Source: a virus (lineage: Duplodnaviria > Caudoviricetes). From it: 62,297 bases of DNA. Under the pieces are notes generated by a model that was not told the DNA's origin, ran no database searches, and worked only from the letters and a program-made list of their open reading frames with translations. The position numbers and the translations under genes are program-made. Below are positions 1 through 8,636 of this stretch, piece after piece. The stretch spans positions 1 to 62,297 of the IMG/VR virus record IMGVR_UViG_3300042893_000318; one strand, written 5' to 3'. Each line of letters starts with the position of its first letter. Position 1 is the stretch's first letter.

Positions 1-294
1 CTTTGCTAATCTAATAGTAAATGAACAATCATTATACACACAAGACAGATTAGTTGAGTTAATGACTCACATAATCGAGTATCAAGATACGAGATTCAAA
101 ATCGAGTGGGACTTAAATAAAACCTCACAAGGTTTAATGCTAAGTTCTCATTTGGCGGAAGTAATAGCAGTCCATAAAAACCCTATATCAGATACACAGA
201 TGAGTATCCCATTTGGATTCATTAGTTAATTAAATATATATCAGACCGAACAGATCAAATAGATCTAAGTATCACTCTAGATATATAGCCCTAG

Positions 295-326
295 ATATCC
301 ACAGGTTATCCACAGCCTGTGGATAT
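295..326. promoter_or_regulatory. Cluster of three DnaA-box-like 9-mers (candidate origin or DnaA-binding site)
   Basis: ATATCCACA 295-303, perfect TTATCCACA 306-314 and inverted TGTGGATAT 318-326, inside a ~770 bp AT-rich stretch with no ORF of 60 aa or more. Confidence 0.6.
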
Positions 327-769
327 TTTTGTGTGGGCTTAAGGGCCATTTTTTCTATTTACGACTGAGCTAAAAAAATCCCTGAAATTTCTATATAAAT
401 GTCGACAAATCTATATGTTTATATATAGAATGTATATTAAATCTAGCATAATATAGCCAAAATTTGTCAGAATATATAACGAATTGTTATGCAAAATCTA
501 TTGACAATATGGGCCAAATATGCCATTTACGAGAGCTATTGACAAATCCCTGAAAATATAGTAGATAGGCCATATGGATTATAACATTACGTTACATTCT
601 GGGATACGCTCAATTACTCATATATGTATTTGTCGATATATCTATAGTAATTAGACCAATATCGATAGTAATATTCTTTTATGATTCTCTGTAGAATAGG
701 TCAAATAAGGCCTTCTAAAGGCCTTCTGAGACGTGTTAAATATGGGGGGGATATAATGGGTAAGAGCTT

Positions 770-979
770 TTATGACTCTAATTGTCTGCCTATTTGTGCA
801 GCTTTCTTTCGTACCTTATCTGCTGAAGCTATGGTATGTTCAATTGATTTTTGAAAGGATTTGCACATTTTGCAGAGATCGAGCATATCTGGGTATTTAG
901 CCCATGCTGCTCTATTTGTCTCTATTGAACATGTCTTGCACATTGGAGTACTCATGTTATATCTTTCTCTAGTAACCAA
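770..979 (-). CDS. Small Cys-rich hypothetical protein
   Basis: ORF on the coding strand with two CxxC pairs (CKTC, CKMC). Confidence 0.55.
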   Translation of the reverse strand: MVTRERYNMSTPMCKTCSIETNRAAWAKYPDMLDLCKMCKSFQKSIEHTIASADKVRKKAAQIGRQLES

Positions 980-1340
980 GGATGTTTGTCCCTATAGTAC
1001 TATTGTACTCCCTTGCCTCCCCCGACTCAAAGATACAGGGTAGGGCTATCACTCATCTTAATGAGCATTCCAGACAGACAAATGGGTCATCATTAGCTTT
1101 ATAAAATAGGATCTGACATTTACTACATGCTACCTTATATGGCTCAGTATTAGAATACTTATTATATGATGATTCTAAACCCTTATCCATGGATCCCCCG
1201 CTTTTTATTGCGTATTATTCTGGCTATGACTAATATAGATATTGTAATACCAAAGAGTAATAACCATCTATCTGAATAGTCATAATTCCAGCAATCACTG
1301 CCTGTAAAGCAATTGGGATCTCTACCTAATATCTTATCTA

Positions 1341-1565
1341 TCATTGTTCCCGCCTAACTCTTAGCTCTTTTGTAAGAGTTTCCTCTGCTTGTAGTCTGCT
1401 ATGACAATAGCCATATGTGATTATCTCACCATTGCTATATATGGTCCATTTAAAAGGCATAGGATCAAATCTAAAGTTTGTTTCAAGTCTCTTGGGGTTT
1501 CTACCATTATTAGGTCCCGCTTTAAATTTAGGAACATATTCCTCTATATCATAAAATAGCGTCAT
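1341..1565 (-). CDS. Hypothetical protein
   Basis: 74-aa ORF on the coding strand. Confidence 0.55.
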   Translation of the reverse strand: MTLFYDIEEYVPKFKAGPNNGRNPKRLETNFRFDPMPFKWTIYSNGEIITYGYCHSRLQAEETLTKELRVRREQ

Positions 1566-1648
1566 GTCTATATTCTACTATATTAGTATAGTTTTAGTCA
1601 ACCAATTGTCTTCTACTCGGCGATTTCACTAATTGCGATCAATATGTA

Positions 1649-2317
1649 TTATGTTAGCCATTCCTGTGATCTTCTAACATCTATATCCCAGGAGCCCATA
1701 TTTAAGAAATCTTCAGACTCTTTAAGTAAATAGTACTCTCTATTTTTTCTTAGTGTCATAGAATATCTATTTTTAAGATTTTCGTCACTTTCTATGGTTT
1801 GTGCCCGTCCAGATGGAGTTATAACTTCTACAAAATTATTATTAAATGTCAGTCCTGTAGAGATATCTCTTTTAATTAAACGTTGAAATCTTTCATAATA
1901 GTCATCATCTTCATATACATAAGGGTAAAATTTTTCATCAAAAAGACCAACTTTTCTTACAACATCTTCGCCAAGAGAGAAACAGCTAAACCCTTCAGTT
2001 GAACATATTATTTTAGATTCACTACTATTGTCATAAAACTTTTTTAGTGAACCTGGAATCCAATGTGTATCCGCAGAAGAAAATAGCCAATACTTTTCAT
2101 GGGGATATAGCTTAATGGTTAAATTCCATGATCCAGACATGCCTAAGTTTGATGGCAGGTTTAATACTCTAATATTTAAATCTTTTCTTTTAGGCGTATA
2201 TGCTTCTGGGCCGTTGTTAATTATTAAGATTTCCTTAATAGGAAAGTCTATTAGCTCTAAATTTTTATCCAGCAAGTCATATCTATTTAATACTGGTATA
2301 GCAAGCAAAGGTATCAA
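1649..2317 (-). CDS. GT2-like (GT-A fold) glycosyltransferase
   Basis: IPVLNRYDLL, IINNG, NLGMSGSWN and FDEKFYPYVYEDDDY motifs. Start is probably TTG at 2317, because the upstream in-frame stretch overlaps a separate small ORF. Confidence 0.8.
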   Translation of the reverse strand: MIPLLAIPVLNRYDLLDKNLELIDFPIKEILIINNGPEAYTPKRKDLNIRVLNLPSNLGMSGSWNLTIKLYPHEKYWLFSSADTHWIPGSLKKFYDNSSESKIICSTEGFSCFSLGEDVVRKVGLFDEKFYPYVYEDDDYYERFQRLIKRDISTGLTFNNNFVEVITPSGRAQTIESDENLKNRYSMTLRKNREYYLLKESEDFLNMGSWDIDVRRSQEWLT

Positions 2318-2324
2318 TTTATAT

Positions 2325-2411
2325 TTATTCTGATATTGTTGGTTCTGGCTTTGATTTGTGAGGATCAACGCATACGCATGAAGCGCAGCAATTTTCATTA
2401 TTTTCAGTCAT
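2325..2411 (-). CDS. 28-aa Cys-rich micropeptide (MTENNENCCASCVCVDPHKSKPEPTISE)
   Basis: Translated by hand; AAAGG SD-like sequence upstream; below the ORF-track cutoff. Confidence 0.5.
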   Translation of the reverse strand: MTENNENCCASCVCVDPHKSKPEPTISE

Positions 2412-2551
2412 GGTCAATTTTACCTTTCTTTAACTGCATTATCTAATTACTGTTTTAAATATCTTTATCTTCTTTATCGATATCTTCTTGTAGATCTATG
2501 TTGTCTAGATCTAGTGATAGATAAGCTTCAAGGTTATCTAAGATACCCATA

Positions 2552-2968
2552 TTACTTATTCCCGCTGAAAAATCCCCATGATGGCTTTGGCTCTTCTGGT
2601 TCACCAGTTGATTTATTTACAGGTACACAATTAGGTACTTGTCTGCCATTCTTATCTTTCATGCCTACCTGCTTGTATCCGCTCCAGCAAGCCTTTTCCA
2701 TATTGTTCCACTTATCTAAGTGCTCATCATCTGAGATATAGTTCTTAGATACGTCTTCATCTGAAAGTTCTTCAGACTTAGATACTTCCATATGCTCAGC
2801 TTTTTCTACATCGTCTTCAATTTCAATTGACTTTGTAATTGGATTAACTACATCATTAAGCATATCTTTAATCTCTGCTGCAATCTCATTTAATTCTAAA
2901 TTCTTTTTCATTGTTTTCTCCTCCTGTTTTTCGCTCACGGAACTATTATACCATTTCCGTTCTTTCAT
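2552..2968 (-). CDS. Acidic protein carrying a CWxGY...VPNCVP mini-motif
   Basis: KACWSGYKQVGMKDKNGRQVPNCVP. Real start probably MKKNL, which follows AGGAGGAG. Confidence 0.7.
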   Translation of the reverse strand: MKERKWYNSSVSEKQEEKTMKKNLELNEIAAEIKDMLNDVVNPITKSIEIEDDVEKAEHMEVSKSEELSDEDVSKNYISDDEHLDKWNNMEKACWSGYKQVGMKDKNGRQVPNCVPVNKSTGEPEEPKPSWGFFSGNK

Positions 2969-3076
2969 CTATATGATGAGCTATCTCATTACATTTAGTA
3001 CATAGGCTATATATATCTTTAAATGAATTAACATATAGATATAGGGTGTTAACTTCACCACATATAGTACATCTCA

Positions 3077-3301
3077 TTATGTGAGATCCAACATAGTATC
3101 TCTGGGAACATCATTAAATATGTATCTATTTAGATCTTCATCATATTCCCAGGAACGCCAGCCATCTGAATCCCGCCAAACATTATACACTGCGTCTTCT
3201 TTTAGCCTCTCAGCAATTAGATCATACATATGTACTTCATCAAATAAAGCTACTCTTAAAGTTCCCCATCCAAGTAGGAATCTAACCAGTCTATCTATCA
3301 T
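3077..3301 (-). CDS. Hypothetical protein
   Basis: 74-aa ORF in a tightly packed gene array. Confidence 0.55.
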   Translation of the reverse strand: MIDRLVRFLLGWGTLRVALFDEVHMYDLIAERLKEDAVYNVWRDSDGWRSWEYDEDLNRYIFNDVPRDTMLDLT

Positions 3302-3433
3302 ATTTTACCGCCTTCATTAAGTTCCCAATATGGGATGCCGTTTTCATCGTAATCTGATCCTAATCTGCTAAGTAGTTCCTGAGTTTTAGGATCTATCTTC
3401 CATGCTTCTAACATAGTATCTAGATCAAATTCA

Positions 3434-3679
3434 TCAGAGCTCATGATTCTTCTCTCCCGCCGCACTTTTCGCTTCACTAATTGTGGTCACAATTACTGGA
3501 AATTTATATTTAGTTCTATTCTTAGGTGATGCGGATACTTTTCTGCCTCCCACACGCATTACAACATTTGCTTTGATCGGCTTTCGTTTACCTTTTATTT
3601 TTTTGCCCATAGTTTTACCTACACCAAATAAGCTTGGTTCATTCCTATCATTACGAGCAGTAGCTTTTTGCTTAAGCAT
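3434..3679 (-). CDS. Small basic hypothetical protein
   Basis: Lys/Arg-rich frame starting MLKQK. The longer called ORF overlaps the next gene. Confidence 0.5.
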   Translation of the reverse strand: MLKQKATARNDRNEPSLFGVGKTMGKKIKGKRKPIKANVVMRVGGRKVSASPKNRTKYKFPVIVTTISEAKSAAGEKNHEL

Positions 3680-3881
3680 CTTTTCTCCAATGTATAAATG
3701 ATTTAACATATACAATCCCATAAGCAATTGCAGCAACAATAAAGCCATATTGTTTAGTAGCAAGGGCGTAGGCAATCCATAAACATTCATTAAGACATAG
3801 TATAAGCCAGCCCCAGATAGTCTTTCTACCGACCAGGAATATGCCTGTAACACCTATTGCCGCTAGTATCCACGACCACAT
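3672..3881 (-). CDS. Small membrane protein, PnuC-like fragment
   Basis: Three hydrophobic segments and a GRKTIWGW motif typical of short PnuC-like phage membrane proteins. Confidence 0.55.
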   Translation of the reverse strand: MWSWILAAIGVTGIFLVGRKTIWGWLILCLNECLWIAYALATKQYGFIVAAIAYGIVYVKSFIHWRKDA

Positions 3882-3921
3882 GTTATATCCTTATCTAGTT
3901 AGTTGTATCAGTTTATATAAA

Positions 3922-4698
3922 TTATAAACTAGGGTTTATAATAGATTTCTTTCCTGCGATTAGCTCTTCAATAATAGTACAAACTACAGCATATTCTTCT
4001 TCAAAAATCTTTAAAGACCTGCCTTCGCCAACACCAACAGTTGTGTGTTGTTTTGCTGCATCTTCTTTAACGCTTTTTTCTACATCATAATTAAGAACTG
4101 TGCATTGAAACCATTTAGCAATGTAGCCATCTCTATCAATTACATACTTTTCAAAGTTCCCGCTTTGCTCTGCACCAGCAGTAGGAAGGTTTAGCCAATA
4201 TGAGTAGTAATCTTTTTCATTTATAATACTTAATTCTTTTTCTTTATCTTCCATAAAAATCATTTGTTCTGCAATTTCTTGATAAAGTTCGTGAGGATCT
4301 TTTTTAGGTTGACCCAATCCGTTTACGGAATTGTCTCCCTTATGATCGCTCATCTCATTAGCAAGATTGTTGGGATTTGATGCGACCATCTCTGAGAACG
4401 CAAAAGTAGTTCCGTAAACGTCTTTGCCATACTCTTGTGAGTCTAAACCGCAGGTGATACCTTGCGACCACTTGCCTTTAGTAACGCCAGGGCCACAGTA
4501 GTCATTGGTAGGGATAGCAACTACTTGAAAATCATCTCCACCGTACTTATCTTGAAGCCATTGGAGAACTTCCATTTGATTAGCATTGCCACAACCAACT
4601 GTTGTATTTGTTAGTAGTGTAACCTTACCTTTAAACTGATCCAAAAAGTTAGGTGATTCTTCAGCCGAGTTAAGCGATATATCATAAATAGATTTCAT
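3922..4698 (-). CDS. Glutathione peroxidase family protein (Cys type)
   Basis: FKGKVTLLTNTTVGCG, AIPTNDY and GNFEKYVIDRDG motifs. Leaderless start MKSIY 6 nt after TATAAT. Confidence 0.85.
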   Translation of the reverse strand: MKSIYDISLNSAEESPNFLDQFKGKVTLLTNTTVGCGNANQMEVLQWLQDKYGGDDFQVVAIPTNDYCGPGVTKGKWSQGITCGLDSQEYGKDVYGTTFAFSEMVASNPNNLANEMSDHKGDNSVNGLGQPKKDPHELYQEIAEQMIFMEDKEKELSIINEKDYYSYWLNLPTAGAEQSGNFEKYVIDRDGYIAKWFQCTVLNYDVEKSVKEDAAKQHTTVGVGEGRSLKIFEEEYAVVCTIIEELIAGKKSIINPSL

Positions 4699-4834
4699 AT
4701 GTATATTATACCTTATTCTAAACTTAAAGTATGTAATTTTTCCCATGTTAAAACATAGTTGTCGTCTTCTAATTTATATGTAGCCTGATACCCTAAAGCT
4801 TTCCAATCCATCCGCATAATCTTGGGAGTAACCA

Positions 4835-5011
4835 TTACCAGCCTCCTAAGCATTCATCTGAATGAGTATGCATTTGATACTGTACGTTGTATGTGCCTTT
4901 CGTGGGGGCGTAGAAGTCTTTGTAGCAGGCACCACAGTTACCACTCCACTCTTCAGCAAAGAAGTCATATGATGCTAATTTAATCCGCTTATTGGCAACA
5001 TTCGTAGTCAT
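4835..5011 (-). CDS. Small Cys/His hypothetical protein
   Basis: Hand-translated 58-aa ORF (MTTNVANK...CGAC...HTHSDECLGGW). Confidence 0.5.
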   Translation of the reverse strand: MTTNVANKRIKLASYDFFAEEWSGNCGACYKDFYAPTKGTYNVQYQMHTHSDECLGGW

Positions 5012-5016
5012 TTATA

Positions 5017-5313
5017 TTATTCCTTTAAAGCTAGTATGTTTTTGCAGTTAATTAGAAGGTATTTGTTTCCTTCTTCATCTTCCATATCTGTTCCACTATG
5101 TTCTGGATAATAGACTGTATCGCCAACATTTATATTATTAATAGGAATAATTTCACCTTTATAGTTAGATTCCCCTTCACCCTTAAAAACTACTATTCCT
5201 GTTTTTGGGCCAGTATCAGAAATAACAGAAGATATAACTAAGCCAGTTTTAGTAGTCTTTTCTCCAGAATCAATCTTAGTAATTAAAAGCATATTGCCTA
5301 GCGGTTTAATCAT
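5017..5313 (-). CDS. groES: Co-chaperonin GroES
   Basis: IKPLGN, TKTGLVI mobile loop, VGDTVYY; 98 aa. Confidence 0.85.
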   Translation of the reverse strand: MIKPLGNMLLITKIDSGEKTTKTGLVISSVISDTGPKTGIVVFKGEGESNYKGEIIPINNINVGDTVYYPEHSGTDMEDEEGNKYLLINCKNILALKE

Positions 5314-5314
5314 T

Positions 5315-5518
5315 TTATTCCTCTACTTTAAATAGTTCCCAATGTGGGATGTGTGTGATAGACTTTCTAATATCATATGAACCGTCTTCAGTAAGAGCTT
5401 CTACAACAAGTACCGCATTTATTTCAAAGTCTCCCTCGGCAAAAAGTGATACCCCAGCATTTTCTTGATAGGTATCCGCTACCATATCTTTAATTGGTTT
5501 GTAATAATATTTAGTCAA
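5315..5518 (-). CDS. Hypothetical protein
   Basis: 67-aa ORF abutting groES. Confidence 0.5.
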   Translation of the reverse strand: MTKYYYKPIKDMVADTYQENAGVSLFAEGDFEINAVLVVEALTEDGSYDIRKSITHIPHWELFKVEE

Positions 5519-5657
5519 CTATTGATCTCCTGCCTGATTTTTCAGCTTGCTTACGAGTTAAGCACCACCAAGATACTGAAATGGATCCATTAGTAACCTT
5601 TACTGTCCATCCAATAATATTTTTTTTATATTCAATGTTGTTCATTTATATATTGTA

Positions 5658-5840
5658 TTATTTATATTTGTTTTTGTCAATAGGCCTTCGCCAATTACGA
5701 TATATCTCAAACTTATCTAATGAAAATATAACAGATTCTCTAGTTACCTTACAATGTTCCGCTATCTCTGTAACCGATTTTTCTTTAATTACATACTGAT
5801 CGTATAACCATTCTTTATTTGTATGATTAGATAAAGGCAT
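5658..5840 (-). CDS. Small HTH DNA-binding protein
   Basis: KEWLYDQY...SVTEIAEHCKVT HTH pattern; paralogous to 23896-24042. Confidence 0.65.
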   Translation of the reverse strand: MPLSNHTNKEWLYDQYVIKEKSVTEIAEHCKVTRESVIFSLDKFEIYRNWRRPIDKNKYK

Positions 5841-5987
5841 CTAATTCCAGTATTTTATCTACAGCATCATCTATATCTTTATGGATGTCTGTTCTGAATA
5901 CATCATCTATTATTCTTTTACACATCAATGCCCCTAAAATGAAATGCCCCGCCAAAAGTATTAGCGGGACAAATCATCATTATTTAA

Positions 5988-6179
5988 TTATATTTTCTTG
6001 CGTCCAGTTTTCTTTGGTGGTTTTGGCGTTAGACTGGTTTCTCTACGAATACCATGTCTATTACGGTCTACCACTAAGCCTTGACGTGGATGCTTTTTAG
6101 TTGCTTCACGACTTGTTACAGCTCCAGATGCAGATCCTGCTGCTGGAGGTGGAGTCATACCTGTACCATCTTCGGACAT
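5988..6179 (-). CDS. Small low-complexity basic protein
   Basis: Translationally coupled to the upstream ORF (TAATG junction). Confidence 0.6.
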   Translation of the reverse strand: MSEDGTGMTPPPAAGSASGAVTSREATKKHPRQGLVVDRNRHGIRRETSLTPKPPKKTGRKKI

Positions 6180-6364
6180 TAGTCCATCCTTACTTGAGGT
6201 GCACTTGTAAGTGAAAGTTCTGTTGCAGTTCCAAGGGTATCTTGTGAATCTGTCCCAAACATTTCTGGTGAGTTTAATTGTCCTGGTCCTATATCATAAA
6301 CATTTTGGTTAGGCATTTCTGCACCCATGAATGCTTGCGAACCGCAACCACACATTTCGCACAT
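6179..6364 (-). CDS. Small protein with N-terminal CxxCGC metal-binding motif
   Basis: Begins MCEMCGCG. Confidence 0.6.
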   Translation of the reverse strand: MCEMCGCGSQAFMGAEMPNQNVYDIGPGQLNSPEMFGTDSQDTLGTATELSLTSAPQVRMD

Positions 6365-6365
6365 A

Positions 6366-6563
6366 TTAGTTACCTGTACCGAATGCTGATGTTTCTGCTG
6401 CAGTGTGAACCATTTTATTAGTGGTTCCCGCTGGACCTTGTGAAGACTTGTCTGCTGCAGGAAATGCTGCTGCTGGTGCTTCTGTATAAGATTCTGTACC
6501 CCAAGGTGAGGTTGGAGTAATCTTTGGATCTGTAAATCCTGTGGTGTTGATACCGTCTGTCAT
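6366..6563 (-). CDS. Small Thr/Ala/Gly-rich protein
   Basis: Strong SD (AGGAG) and its own TGCTATAAT promoter at 6621-6629. Confidence 0.7.
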   Translation of the reverse strand: MTDGINTTGFTDPKITPTSPWGTESYTEAPAAAFPAADKSSQGPAGTTNKMVHTAAETSAFGTGN

Positions 6564-6638
6564 TTTATTTCTCCTATAGGTTGTTAATTTAGATGGGTCT
6601 AGAATGTCATCTATCCCTCTATTATAGCATTTAGTTGA

Positions 6639-6761
6639 TTAAGATCTATACTTTTTATGCCAGCAGTCTTCACAAATTTCTATTATTTTAGTTTCTGTTG
6701 AGGTCAATCTTTTAGCCTTATTATCACAATTAGGCATTTCACACGTGTTTTCTAAGGACAC
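6639..6761 (-). CDS. 40-aa zinc-finger-like micro-protein
   Basis: Hand-translated from GTG: CEMPNC...CEDC; coupled to the upstream stop. Confidence 0.45.
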   Translation of the reverse strand: MSLENTCEMPNCDNKAKRLTSTETKIIEICEDCWHKKYRS

Positions 6762-6901
6762 TACTTAGGTCCCTTAGCTTTCTGGCCACGATAACCAGTT
6801 TTTTTAATATTCATTGATCCAGGCTTTTTTTGACCATTGGTGTAAGTCGCTGCCTGTCTTTGTGCTAGAGCTCTTTGCATTTTATCTAAGTGTTTTCCCA
6901 T
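6761..6901 (-). CDS. 46-aa basic micro-protein (MGKHLDKMQRALAQRQ...)
   Basis: Hand-translated; TAATG coupling to the upstream gene. Confidence 0.6.
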   Translation of the reverse strand: MGKHLDKMQRALAQRQAATYTNGQKKPGSMNIKKTGYRGQKAKGPK

Positions 6902-7119
6902 TATTTTATTTTCCCGCCAAATTTAGACCAAGCTCTTTCATGTAAGAAGAAGCCAACCATTTCACATGCTGTATATACAATTGCAAATGTACCAGCGTAC
7001 TCCCAATGAGCTTCACCAGTAATAGCCTTTTCAAAAAAATAGACCATTGTGCCAACAAACCCAATATGAACTGCTGGCCAAGTAATTGATTTGTATAAAC
7101 TTCTTTTATTTGATTCCAT
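6901..7119 (-). CDS. DUF2061-like membrane protein
   Basis: RSLYKSITW...HERAW pattern with two TM segments; leaderless start. Confidence 0.7.
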   Translation of the reverse strand: MESNKRSLYKSITWPAVHIGFVGTMVYFFEKAITGEAHWEYAGTFAIVYTACEMVGFFLHERAWSKFGGKIK

Positions 7120-7151
7120 AATACTATTATACTCTTTCTGTTAGGTGAATA

Positions 7152-7183
7152 AAATAGGGCGGGAATTTAATCCCGCCCTATTT
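7152..7183 (-). terminator. Intrinsic terminator
   Basis: Perfect 13-bp inverted repeat AAATAGGGCGGGA/TCCCGCCCTATTT just after the 7188-8450 stop, with a T-rich tail on the minus strand. Confidence 0.8.
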
Positions 7184-7187
7184 ATAA

Positions 7188-8450
7188 TTACTTCTTTAGT
7201 GCAACCTTAGCCTTTGGATTAGCCTTGTTCCACTTGGTAGCCAACTTATTATATTCATTCTTATAAGTTACCTTAGCAGCTGCTGCTGCAACATCGTATG
7301 CTGACTTTGAAAAAGCAAGAGCTAGATCGGAAGCCGCTTTAGCGTCTGCTAGAGCCTTATCTGAAGCAACCTTGGATGCTGCTAGAGCGTCTGCCAAAAC
7401 CTTATCTGCTGCAGCCTTAGCTGTTACTGCTTCTGCTTTTGCGTTAGTAAGTGCTGCATCGGCAGTAGCCTTTGCTGTATCTGCTTCAATCTTTGCCTTG
7501 GCTTCAGCATCTGCTAAAGCCTTGTCTGAGGCAACCTTAGCATCTGCTAAAGCCTTGTCTGAGGCAACCTTAGCATCTGCTAAAGCCTTGTCTGCTGCTG
7601 CTTTAGCAACCTTTGCAGCTTCTACTGCTAGTGCTGCATCTGCTAAACGTCCAGACTTTTCTAAAGCAATTGAAGCCTTTAATGCTGCAATATCAGCAGC
7701 AAGGTCAGCGATAGCAAACTTAGCAATGGCTGACTTTACTGGTGCTGCAAATCCTGCTACTGGAGCAACTAGGGTTAGGCCAGTTACGATTACTGTAACT
7801 TCTCCTGCTACACCAACTGCAAGTGAGTATGAGGTAACTTCTGGAGACAACGCTTTAACAGATGAACCATCAGCGAAAGTTGAGCCAACGATTGTTGCTG
7901 TTATTGTATCTGAAGATGCGTTACCAAAAATATCAGTTGTTGAAACTGAGATTGCTGGAACTGTTCCAACTGCTGCTGCAGAAGGAACTGTAACTGCTAA
8001 ATTGTAAGCAGGTCCTGCTACACCTTTAACATAAATAATTGTTGAATACGCACCATTTGTAACGATAACGGAACCAACTGTTGTTGATGTTGTATATGCG
8101 TAAACGGTAATTGCTGCACCTGTTGAAACGCCAGTAAGTGCTGAAACACCACTATTAACATTCTTTGGGGCATCTGCTGTGTGAAGAGCAGAAATTAATT
8201 TAACTGTTGATGATGCTGTAAATGTAACAGATGTAGTTGCATCTGCTGTTGCTGTAATTGCGACAGCGTTTGCTGCGTTAATTACATTTGTTGATGGCAC
8301 CGCAATTGATGCAGGTGCTGCAGATGTAGTAGCGTTAGCAACTGTAGCAACTGTGACCGCAAGCGGTGCAGCAGTAGCTGAAATTGCAGAAACGCTCATA
8401 ATTGCTAGGGCTGCAGCAGTAGCAATTGAGATTTTCTTTAATGAATTCAT
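7188..8450 (-). CDS. Exported Ala/Thr-rich surface protein with Ala/Lys coiled-coil repeats
   Basis: Signal peptide (MNSLKKISIATAAALAI...ATA), beta-rich body, KVASDKALADA repeats, basic C-terminal tail. Confidence 0.75.
   Translation of the reverse strand: MNSLKKISIATAAALAIMSVSAISATAAPLAVTVATVANATTSAAPASIAVPSTNVINAANAVAITATADATTSVTFTASSTVKLISALHTADAPKNVNSGVSALTGVSTGAAITVYAYTTSTTVGSVIVTNGAYSTIIYVKGVAGPAYNLAVTVPSAAAVGTVPAISVSTTDIFGNASSDTITATIVGSTFADGSSVKALSPEVTSYSLAVGVAGEVTVIVTGLTLVAPVAGFAAPVKSAIAKFAIADLAADIAALKASIALEKSGRLADAALAVEAAKVAKAAADKALADAKVASDKALADAKVASDKALADAEAKAKIEADTAKATADAALTNAKAEAVTAKAAADKVLADALAASKVASDKALADAKAASDLALAFSKSAYDVAAAAAKVTYKNEYNKLATKWNKANPKAKVALKK
7507..7592 (-). repeat. 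33-bp tandem repeat (about 2.6 copies) encoding an 11-aa repeat
   Basis: gcatctgctaaagccttgtctgaggcaacctta repeated. Confidence 0.85.
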
Positions 8451-8465
8451 TCTTTATTTCTCCTT

Positions 8466-8636
8466 TTAATTTAGTTCGTTTATTTTAACATGGAAAGAAC
8501 ACGGATCTCCGCCTTCGTCCCATTCTTTTGCTTCTTCTTCTGTGAGTGGTGGACCTTCATGTGTATCGCAAAATACATCTGATATCCACCCCCTTTCGAT
8601 TCCATTTTGGAACCAAATTTCAAACTCTAAATCCAT
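8466..8636 (-). CDS. 56-aa hypothetical protein with Cys/His motif
   Basis: Hand-translated MDLEFEIWFQNGIERGWISDVFCDTHEG...GGDPCSFHVKI. Confidence 0.65.
   Translation of the reverse strand: MDLEFEIWFQNGIERGWISDVFCDTHEGPPLTEEEAKEWDEGGDPCSFHVKINELN

Noticed and set aside
3680-3853. N-terminal extension of ORF 3434-3853
   Set aside because: It overlaps the PnuC-like gene in another frame; the ATG at 3679 with an upstream GGAG is more plausible
4585-4600. Selenocysteine in the glutathione peroxidase
   Set aside because: The active-site codon is TGT (Cys) and there is no in-frame TGA
7372-8007. 211-aa plus-strand ORF, and the other plus-strand ORFs such as 14170-14705 and 51307-51759
   Set aside because: These are antisense shadows of Ala-rich or long minus-strand genes, with no recognisable motifs
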